From: a virus
Reading direction: 5' to 3' (one strand)
DNA: 64,000 bases
IMG/VR virus record: IMGVR_UViG_3300037245_003639
Part shown: piece after piece, positions 10,801-17,547 of the stretch
Layout: each line of letters starts with the position of its first letter
Position numbering within the stretch: the stretch's first letter is position 1
The notes under the pieces: model-generated
What the model was told of the DNA's origin: nothing
Database searches by the model: none
What the model saw: only the letters and a program-made list of their open reading frames with translations
Made by a program: the position numbers and the translations under genes

Positions 10801-10839
10801 AACTGTCTTTGCCATTCGAACTGAATGCGTCCAAACCAT
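7837..10839 (-). CDS. SNF2-family (DEAD/DEAH-box) helicase, about 1000 aa, with an unrecognised N-terminal domain of about 440 aa
   Basis: Walker A LGDEPGVGKT, motif II ILDECHLVKN, helicase-C motif QVEGRAHRVNS; TTG/ATG start ambiguity at 10839-10847. Confidence 0.85.
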   Translation of the reverse strand: MVWTHSVRMAKTVIAPTWENPVNALMKLAFDPSLQVYISSASTRALQGYLQDIMSRTPEETDNRARSALQKLQTSPATQDVLNHSGTTLISANSVYDVLMGLSMYFHPMADQQADVRRITQELEQAAQQRQEQATQTFQSRQQRVTSFRVVESTPDYINYGIAWSSHLPEYPKAFKAESNPIQQKIREQLGPKGVTVVRDKRFPNEVVLTNLQVSDIPLLKSVFETDGFNTDVIDQIQLEEESASSRRLQFDLIFENATVDTDYHIFIPFEGLEQRKDLKAVIEDLVNFAFPIMGAKPRPMAEEARAKGRRDIATKREELITPAGTHYAMKKGLYLKGTYGNYRDLQTLLNIKQVSSNLDDLVLKVGSELRNSKHVQVTEILNGVLDKYYKTRAARHRLRDQKTGLYVPDEEQFNNEVMEYEFHKPNEEPYRLRPLQAEGVRWLYSRQSAILGDEPGVGKTEQMIVAADMRTKEKNRWNQQLATGRVLVFTPASVVEQFGLRILATTGADEGQLQQFEQRGFCDTIATDVNQVTDMTKWLVMSYTKIAGANAEERLAAMRNLNFDVMILDECHLVKNPNAATSRNVIQAGKNIPFKWGASATTAANTPDDLHNQLLAVGHPLGYLGRAGFLRQYTGSKTIQMRGEDLRVDPANTRDFLRHVVKRLRPDFDHLSLDDKFAVALQISEEEPIDNDMNSLKQIVFERMKKFTALKASLVLTDVYRKRTKKEVNENIPELTTNVEKSEATPQEQRDLELATERRYIRMRESNKDKDEPLVRLTARRMAIADAKIPATLDKAFSFISAGQKVIVFSCFRDTAEAIATKLKELIEPYEVGLAMGGDVHKEHTIREFKTPNGTMYALVLTILSSGTGVDIPNVTQNVIINDISWTPKDADQVEGRAHRVNSQLPVTNHYMVMGNTQDEVIFNLVQKKRHISENIQNADKAYVKKVRQNKSTRKELQVAQILQWEKVQEELRSRIAMEHWAQQHMAAAASNWLLRTRV

Positions 10840-10867
10840 AAACAAACCTCATTTACTGATTTTCTAT

Positions 10868-10896
10868 TTGACATTACGGCCTAAATCAGGTAGTAT
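10868..10896 (+). promoter_or_regulatory. sigma70-type promoter TTGACA-N17-TAGTAT; leaderless (ATG 7 nt after the -10)
   Basis: Hexamers and spacing read directly. Confidence 0.5.
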
Positions 10897-10902
10897 CCTG
10901 CT

Positions 10903-11157
10903 ATGAGTGATATAACAGCAGAAGCCCTGCGCCAGTACAGAGTCATCTTGCACAACGATGACGTAACCTATTTTGTGCGGGCAGCTTGCGCTGTATCTCG
11001 TATTATGAACTGGCTTCTCTACAAAGCCCATCAACATGTCGAAGATGCCCAGTCGAACGGACAATCAGTCCTTTGTATTATACATTTTGAAAGAGCAGAA
11101 CAGATTCAGCAACTACTCGAAGATGAATATCTCACTGTGACTCTCGAAGCCGCATAA
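10903..11157 (+). CDS. clpS: ClpS-like Clp protease adaptor
   Basis: 84 aa; YRVILHNDDVTYFVRAA and LTVTLEAA resemble the ClpS core (YKVILVNDDYTPMEFV ... LLCTLEKA). Confidence 0.65.
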   Translation: MSDITAEALRQYRVILHNDDVTYFVRAACAVSRIMNWLLYKAHQHVEDAQSNGQSVLCIIHFERAEQIQQLLEDEYLTVTLEAA

Positions 11158-11173
11158 TTTTTGCTCAATTCGC

Positions 11174-11201
11174 TTGACAACAGTCCCAGATTTGTTACAC
11201 T
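11174..11201 (+). promoter_or_regulatory. sigma70-type promoter TTGACA-N16-TACACT driving a long ORF-less transcript
   Basis: Read directly; no ORF for about 400 nt downstream. Confidence 0.4.
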
Positions 11202-11207
11202 GTCAAT

Positions 11208-11560
11208 ATCGAATGAGCGCTTGTCGATCTGCCTGTCAGGTTTGAGACCATCCGTATCCTGCCAGAGCAGTATTAAAACGGGTTCCTGTACGTGAGCGTT
11301 GTTGCTTGGCCACGCTATAGTATCACAAGTAACCGTATGGATTAACGGGAGTTTCTTTTACCGATGTTCTTTCTCCCGCCAAATACGTAACAAAAGAACC
11401 TGGATCGACACAGTTTTGCTACCGACGCTTTTCTAGTGTCGATTATAATAAAGCGTGGACCGAACGCAGTTTTTCGCCATCGTTTTCTCTAGCGTCGGTT
11501 ACTATAAAACGAGGAGGACTGGCCTGCGGCCTAAACGCCCCCGGTCAGTCTCTTTTTATT
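11208..11560 (+). ncRNA. candidate structured non-coding transcript or long leader (about 350 nt) with two roughly 50-bp direct repeats
   Basis: Promoter at 11174-11201, terminator-like hairpin plus T-run near 11512-11560; no ORF; repeats at 11406-11455 and 11461-11511 carry complementary segments (accgacgc / gcgtcggt). Confidence 0.3.
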
Positions 11561-11575
11561 GACAGACCGATACTC

Positions 11576-11604
11576 TTGACAATCTCGTCATTTCTTCTTA
11601 CACT
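11576..11604 (+). promoter_or_regulatory. sigma70-type promoter TTGACA-N17-TACACT for gene 11622
   Basis: Read directly; SD GAGGAG follows. Confidence 0.5.
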
Positions 11605-11621
11605 CTGCATGAGGAGATTCA

Positions 11622-12770
11622 ATGAGTAATTTATTCATACCAGACAAAATCCGCGTCGGGTTTCAAAACCGCGAAGGCACGTATACAGGCCGATTGGCAT
11701 ACGTCATCTACTGGGATAAGAAGGGCGTACTGAGAAAAGAAAAATCCTGGCAAGGATGGCGCGATCAAGGGATCAAGCCCGAAGAATTCGAGAACACGCC
11801 ACAAGACGGATTTCATTTGAACAAAGATATCCAACGGTACAACTGGAGCCATTTCGGCTCAAACCGCTCTTATATCCGCATCTACGATTCCCGTGGCATC
11901 GAGTTCGAAATCACGCCCGAAAACCTAATAGGCCTCCTGACAGAGACTACCTGCTCCAAACGTGGTCTCGATGGCGAATTCGTCTATGCGTGGTGCGGTA
12001 CAGAACTTGTGCTACTTCCTTGTAGCGCAGAGGCTTACGGCAAAGCACAAGAATATACCAAGTTGCAGGGACAGAAAATCTCAGCCCGCGACCTGAAACC
12101 AGGATGCAGTTACACAACCAAAAAGTGTGAAGAAGTCATTTATATGGGGCGGTTCCCGTGGTTCACCTGGGAGCGCTATCGGGCCAAGAGTCGAATCTCC
12201 AAGAAGAAACATATCTTCGCTCATCCAGTGACGCCACAGTATAGCAACAGGTTCTTCCCTAAAAACGATGCCAATTTCTTGGCTGTGCTCAACAACGAAG
12301 ATGCGGTCACTAATTACGCTGAGTTGATCGATGAATTCAACGGTGATATTCATTCATCAATCATCACAGGATGGGAAACTAAACCACTCCGAATAAACCC
12401 GGAACAAGTATTTGCCCGAAGGGGTGAAAATTATTACGACGGGTTCAAACGCAGCGTATATACTCAAGAAGGTCGTGATACGGTCATTTTCTGGCGACTC
12501 ATTGCCGTCAACCATTCGTATGGGCATGGAAGCGACCATTGTCGCGGTTATCGTTTAGTAAAAATGGGAACCCTTGATACCCGAATACTGGTGTATAATA
12601 GTGAACGGAGCGAGGATGGCTATTATTATGACACCACTCACGATTCCAGGCCAGTGGATACGAAGGAACAAATCCTTGCTAAACTGGCAACGTTTGTCGA
12701 AGTAGACATGGTATTGAGCAGCGGAAAGAAGCTGCATCTAAAAAACATCGACTCAATCGCTGTGGACTGA
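11622..12770 (+). CDS. hypothetical protein, 382 aa
   Basis: ORF with strong SD. Confidence 0.55.
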   Translation: MSNLFIPDKIRVGFQNREGTYTGRLAYVIYWDKKGVLRKEKSWQGWRDQGIKPEEFENTPQDGFHLNKDIQRYNWSHFGSNRSYIRIYDSRGIEFEITPENLIGLLTETTCSKRGLDGEFVYAWCGTELVLLPCSAEAYGKAQEYTKLQGQKISARDLKPGCSYTTKKCEEVIYMGRFPWFTWERYRAKSRISKKKHIFAHPVTPQYSNRFFPKNDANFLAVLNNEDAVTNYAELIDEFNGDIHSSIITGWETKPLRINPEQVFARRGENYYDGFKRSVYTQEGRDTVIFWRLIAVNHSYGHGSDHCRGYRLVKMGTLDTRILVYNSERSEDGYYYDTTHDSRPVDTKEQILAKLATFVEVDMVLSSGKKLHLKNIDSIAVD

Positions 12771-12782
12771 TTGGAGGAACAC

Positions 12783-13250
12783 ATGGCAACGGCATTAACC
12801 ACCGATGAAGCTGTAATGGACCTATTGGTCAAAGTAGAACAGAAAAAAGAAGAGATCAAAAAGGCCAAGAAAAAGCCTCAATGGAAAACCAACTGCTCAA
12901 TAGGAGCAGACGCAGACCCCAAATCATCGCATGACCGCAAGAACATCCAAGTCATGCGAACAACGCAAGAAGTAATGGAATGGTATGCCTTCCTATTGCA
13001 AAAACGAGAATTCCTCAGGCAAGCTGCTGACGAACTTGGCATCACCGCCACCGAAGCCGACGCGGGATTGTCTTGGATGGCATATTCCATCCAAGACTGG
13101 CTCGCAGACCTCAAATCTCGGGTTGCTCAACTCACTATCGAGCAAAAACAGGCCGAGGTAAAAGCCCTGGATGCGCGGGTCAACAAACTCGTAAGCCCCG
13201 ACCAACGACGCTCCATGGAACTGGAAGCATTACAGCAAATCCTGGGATGA
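12783..13250 (+). CDS. hypothetical protein, about 155 aa
   Basis: Start MATALT with SD GGAGGA. Confidence 0.5.
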   Translation: MATALTTDEAVMDLLVKVEQKKEEIKKAKKKPQWKTNCSIGADADPKSSHDRKNIQVMRTTQEVMEWYAFLLQKREFLRQAADELGITATEADAGLSWMAYSIQDWLADLKSRVAQLTIEQKQAEVKALDARVNKLVSPDQRRSMELEALQQILG

Positions 13251-13283
13251 TGTTTTAGCACATCCCTTTTTCCCGCATTCCTA

Positions 13284-13313
13284 GGGACGCTCATTTTGAG
13301 CGTCCCTTTTTTT
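13284..13313 (+). terminator. rho-independent terminator gggacgctc-atttt-gagcgtccc followed by T7
   Basis: Perfect 9-bp stem plus T-run right after gene 12783-13250. Confidence 0.7.
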
Positions 13314-13317
13314 GCTC

Positions 13318-13346
13318 TTGACAGCCCTGTTATATTTCCTTACACT
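13318..13346 (+). promoter_or_regulatory. sigma70-type promoter TTGACA-N17-TACACT
   Basis: Read directly; SD AGGAGA and ATG at 13368. Confidence 0.45.
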
Positions 13347-13367
13347 GTTGTACTCAGGAGAAACAAC

Positions 13368-13772
13368 ATGAATGGTGTCACGTTCGAGATATCCGAAGAG
13401 CATCTGAAAATTGCGGGTGGTGTTGCTATCGGATTGCTCGTAATCATTTGCACTATCTTCGGAATCATATGGAAGAAGAAATCCAAAGCCCGTCACGAAA
13501 AGGAAGTGGAGAATTGGTATCGTGAACGTGTCAAGAAAATCTCTTCTGGGCGTCTCTACAAATTCAAAGGGGACCGAGATGGTGATCTCATCTGCCCTCT
13601 TTGTGCTCAATACACCCGTGATTATCACAAAGTCTATTTTAGAGAAGAAGATGAAGGCCGCTCAGATGCAATCGAAAATGGCTTGTCTCTGTTCCGCTGG
13701 CATGCTCGTTGTAATCACAAAACCTGCGGCTATGAATGGGTGATGAAGAGCCGTCTTGAGGAGACAATATGA
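13368..13772 (+). CDS. hypothetical protein with one TM and a Cys/His cluster
   Basis: Start MNGVTFE after the SD. Confidence 0.45.
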   Translation: MNGVTFEISEEHLKIAGGVAIGLLVIICTIFGIIWKKKSKARHEKEVENWYRERVKKISSGRLYKFKGDRDGDLICPLCAQYTRDYHKVYFREEDEGRSDAIENGLSLFRWHARCNHKTCGYEWVMKSRLEETI

Positions 13773-14140
13773 ATGGAAGTGCAAAGGGTGCAAAGGTCAC
13801 CAATAACCATCTGTACGATGGGTTCGCCGCAAGTCATAGAGGATGCACCACGGATACTCCCAACAACGCACTATCGGGTGATCGACCAAGTTAACGATAT
13901 GAAAAGAGAAGGTCGATGGCCCATCAAGTAACGGGTGCATTGCGACTACGACTATGGTGGATAAAGCCAACAAGGCACTCCAGGAATACCCAAATATTAT
14001 CCCCCCCGATATATTTGACGACGATGACCCTTTGCTGGTAGAATGCGTAAACTTATTGATGGACACAGGTTTCAGCTTTGCCACTGCGTGCAAAGGTGCT
14101 GTCGCTCTCAAACGAAAATATGACAAGTAGGAGTCCCATC

Positions 14141-14398
14141 ATGGAAGTCTCGGTTACATCTGTAATGACCTTCGGTATCGTTTGTTTCATTGGGGCATTG
14201 GTCTTTGGCGGGGCTGCTTCACTCCTCTTCTCTAAGGGCCATAAGTTAGTCATCCACAATTACCAATGCCCCAAAGGTGAAGAGCACAGTAACGCCGGAC
14301 TTTTCGTCTTCGGCGGCATTTGTTTTGTAATGGCCGCTGGTTCCATCGTGGGCATCTTCGCGACCGGTGTAAAGATATTCAAACAATTAACCTTCTAG
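14141..14398 (+). CDS. small membrane protein, 85 aa
   Basis: SD AGGAG; two hydrophobic segments. Confidence 0.45.
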   Translation: MEVSVTSVMTFGIVCFIGALVFGGAASLLFSKGHKLVIHNYQCPKGEEHSNAGLFVFGGICFVMAAGSIVGIFATGVKIFKQLTF

Positions 14399-14405
14399 GT
14401 GTATC

Positions 14406-15173
14406 ATGAACATCACCCGACGAAAATTCATAAGCACTGCTGCCACGGCTGCTGTAGCCGTGGTTCTCCCTCCCGTTTTGGCTAAACCCAAAAGTGTCCA
14501 AAAACAAATAAACGAATCTTGGGACTGGGCTAAAAAGCATGATACCGTCGTCAGCCTCCAACGCTTCCAACGCCCACCTATCCAAGTCTATTGTTTAGGC
14601 ACTGATGACAACCCTGTCACTTCGCTCGATATCCAAAACGTCATGCATTGGATAAAAGAAAATGCGAAGAAAGACAAAATCATGTTGGGGCGAGAACGAG
14701 ATACAGGGGTAACTACTTACGGACGTATTCCAGTCTACTACGAGTTCAAACCATGGTCAGGAGTCCAAAACATTCACTGCCGTCATTGCGTGATTGAGTG
14801 TCCTGGCCATGGTTTCTTGCAAGTCCGCATCGGAAGCGATAATCGTCCCGCTCAAAAGGAAGATTTGGAAGATATCGGAAGGCACTTAGCCGATGTTTTA
14901 ACTGATCCAGAATTGTCGATTGTCACGCACCATAATTTCGAAATGAGTTGGCATGAAACTCAGTATCCAGATACTTATGATGCGTTTGTCGTGCCTCATG
15001 ATTATCCTGATGTTCCCACTGATCGTGATATAGCAGGCGTTTGGCCTGGGAAATATATCTATCACGAAAGAAACCGCATTGTAACAGTAACCAAAACCTC
15101 GCCGGACGCGACGCGACCAACTCGGGCGGAATTCAATTTCCTTGTCGTCACAGATGGCGGTCACATCGCCTAG
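14406..15173 (+). CDS. exported protein with twin-arginine (Tat) signal peptide
   Basis: N-terminus MNITRRKFISTAATAAVAVVLPPVLA. Confidence 0.55.
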   Translation: MNITRRKFISTAATAAVAVVLPPVLAKPKSVQKQINESWDWAKKHDTVVSLQRFQRPPIQVYCLGTDDNPVTSLDIQNVMHWIKENAKKDKIMLGRERDTGVTTYGRIPVYYEFKPWSGVQNIHCRHCVIECPGHGFLQVRIGSDNRPAQKEDLEDIGRHLADVLTDPELSIVTHHNFEMSWHETQYPDTYDAFVVPHDYPDVPTDRDIAGVWPGKYIYHERNRIVTVTKTSPDATRPTRAEFNFLVVTDGGHIA

Positions 15174-15185
15174 GAGTAGCAGACG

Positions 15186-16124
15186 TTGCCGCAAAAACGG
15201 GTACATTTGGGTTTCACTCTTACGTGCAAAGATGACGGAGAGAGAACGTACAAACTCACTGATGATCCCCAACTGCTGCTGAATCCCGATTCGATTCTTC
15301 TCAATATGGACAGCTCAGGTGATTACGACGGCAGCCACGGCCCGTTTAATGAAGCTGTAGAGATTTTGCGGGCCAGAGTCAACCAGGGCTTGGAATCTTA
15401 CCAAGATCGAGTCACAACCAAATGGGAAACCGTCACAGTTCATGATAAGCCGTTTCTGAAACAAACTGTCGATGCTCTGCGGACTGTGGCGGTTGAAAGC
15501 AAACGGTTGGTCCTGACATCTAAGTACCAATACCTCGCACAAGATCTGGCCTCAATAGATCCGTCTTTTTACGTTCTAACAGGTAAGAAGGCGGAACGAT
15601 TTCTTTCCAATGGTCAGTCTTCTCGTGATCTGTTCGTTCTCCGATACGATGAACATCGACCGGCCCGCCTCAAACGAAATGCCCAGAAGCGCAAAGCTAA
15701 ACCTCCCCCGCCTCCTAAGATTTTACTCTCCATACATATTTTGCCCTTGGCCAACGCCCTAGATCACGTATTCAAACAGCAAACGGGTTTATACGTGCAT
15801 CTGGGAGCTACTTCTATGTATTCCAACGCCAACAAAGCCGGTACCATTGAGAACATGTGTCACGCCGTGCAAACCCTACGAAAACTCGGTATTAAGCCCC
15901 GCACTCTCAAAGACAACATCGATGCGAAATTGAAAACATTCTGGAGTTACGCTCTCAGCAGCAGCGAACGCGAGTCAAAAACCCGTCCTTGGCGGTCATT
16001 GGATGCTCTGGCAGAATATGTACGAAAGGCCAAGCCCCGGGACGACCGTGATATCGCTTACAAAAAATTGGTTGCCCAATTGAAGAGGATGTGCAATGTC
16101 AAAAAGCCCCACGCCGCTCGTTGA
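15186..16124 (+). CDS. hypothetical protein, 312 aa (TTG start assumed)
   Basis: ORF; SD AGGAG upstream of the TTG. Confidence 0.4.
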   Translation: MPQKRVHLGFTLTCKDDGERTYKLTDDPQLLLNPDSILLNMDSSGDYDGSHGPFNEAVEILRARVNQGLESYQDRVTTKWETVTVHDKPFLKQTVDALRTVAVESKRLVLTSKYQYLAQDLASIDPSFYVLTGKKAERFLSNGQSSRDLFVLRYDEHRPARLKRNAQKRKAKPPPPPKILLSIHILPLANALDHVFKQQTGLYVHLGATSMYSNANKAGTIENMCHAVQTLRKLGIKPRTLKDNIDAKLKTFWSYALSSSERESKTRPWRSLDALAEYVRKAKPRDDRDIAYKKLVAQLKRMCNVKKPHAAR

Positions 16125-16731
16125 AGTAACACCCATCATCACCGATGTTCAAGTCACAGGCGAACACGTCGTGGCTTTGCTGGTCTCACAGGTGGACGAG
16201 AACATCTTGGCTCGTGAGCAAGAAACCATCGAGAAAATCGATATTCTGAACAAAGCGACAGGGATGCTGGATGAAACCAACGCTAAAGAACTAAAGGATT
16301 TCGTCGCCAAAAAAGAACAGCAACTTAAGAAATCTGGAATTCTTGACGCGCTCAAGCAAATAGGCGTGTCAAAACCTTCAATCACGGTTGCACGGGATTT
16401 GAGGCATGATTTCTCAGGTTTCTTCTTTGTGATTACCATTGGCAGTGACCACGAACGTACACTGACCTATTTCGTCAAGACCACCATACCCAAGAAAATG
16501 ACCGAGATCACAGCCCAGATTAAAGTGAATCAGGCCGAAGCGGATGCGTTGACCACTTACTTGCTCGATCTACGTTCGTATCGCCAAAATAGTATGACTG
16601 GGCTCGAACGTTGGGCGCGGGGACAAATCGCAGCATCAGCTCTGAAACGAGCGGGCGGTGACATGGCCCAATTCGTCAAGCAACTGGAAAGCATTATGCC
16701 GAAGAGCCTCAAAAATCTGCTGACCGAATAG
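16096..16731 (+). CDS. hypothetical protein, 211 aa
   Basis: ORF overlapping the upstream gene end. Confidence 0.45.
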   Translation: MSKSPTPLVEVTPIITDVQVTGEHVVALLVSQVDENILAREQETIEKIDILNKATGMLDETNAKELKDFVAKKEQQLKKSGILDALKQIGVSKPSITVARDLRHDFSGFFFVITIGSDHERTLTYFVKTTIPKKMTEITAQIKVNQAEADALTTYLLDLRSYRQNSMTGLERWARGQIAASALKRAGGDMAQFVKQLESIMPKSLKNLLTE

Positions 16732-16743
16732 GAGTAAAACTTG

Positions 16744-17526
16744 ATGAAACAGAAGTTGATCTGGCGGGCCACCATGCGGACGGCGTCGATTCTGGCGATG
16801 GAGAAGTTGGTGAAGGCGCAGGCCGTGGACAAGCTGATTCTGATGAGTTTGTCGCTGGCGGAGGAACCCCAGCTCGATGGACGTATTGGTCGTATGGTTC
16901 GGCTGTGTCACGAACACGAGGTGGAGGTCGAGCACGGACGTTGGCTCTATCCCTGCCGGAGGGGTTTAGCAGGTTGGAATTACCGTGACATTTTCGATCC
17001 AAAGTTCTACTGGCAGACGATCGATCGGCTTATCCACGAGGCGAACGGGCTCGGAGCGGACGGGACGGCGCTCGATACGGAACCATACGCAAACAGTCCC
17101 TTAAAGGCTGCGCGTCGGGACTGGGATTCGTTCGCTGAACGTGCAATGCAAGAAGCAGTGCAGGCGGCAGTAGACGATGGGGCTTGGGTTGATACTCTTA
17201 TGCCGGCGCGAGCTAAGCCCGAAGATGGCGCGAGTATCTACAATGCGACGACTCCGCTGGGAAATGTGCTCGCAAAGTACACGTACTGGTACTGGGGTGC
17301 GAAGTATGTTCCTCCGCTGGCGACGCGCCCGTTCAGCATGCCGTCGATTTACGTCACACCTGACGGCAAGCACCCCGGCGGCAGTACGCGACAGACCTGG
17401 ACCTGGAAATTGTTACAGGACGAACTGGCCTGTCCATGGTTGCAAGACTACGATGAGGTCGCGATCTATCCCGGAGATTTCGACAATCAAATAGCAATCG
17501 CGGAGCAACTAATCAATCTGAGTTAG
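16744..17526 (+). CDS. hypothetical protein, 260 aa; locally GC-rich
   Basis: ORF; visibly higher GC than neighbours. Confidence 0.45.
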   Translation: MKQKLIWRATMRTASILAMEKLVKAQAVDKLILMSLSLAEEPQLDGRIGRMVRLCHEHEVEVEHGRWLYPCRRGLAGWNYRDIFDPKFYWQTIDRLIHEANGLGADGTALDTEPYANSPLKAARRDWDSFAERAMQEAVQAAVDDGAWVDTLMPARAKPEDGASIYNATTPLGNVLAKYTYWYWGAKYVPPLATRPFSMPSIYVTPDGKHPGGSTRQTWTWKLLQDELACPWLQDYDEVAIYPGDFDNQIAIAEQLINLS

Positions 17527-17547
17527 CGAGGACTGGAATCATCACGC

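Noticed and set aside
13797-14126. 109-aa minus-strand ORF between plus-strand genes
   Set aside because: It is low-complexity (SSSSNISGG), has no promoter or SD, and is surrounded by a co-directional plus-strand operon.
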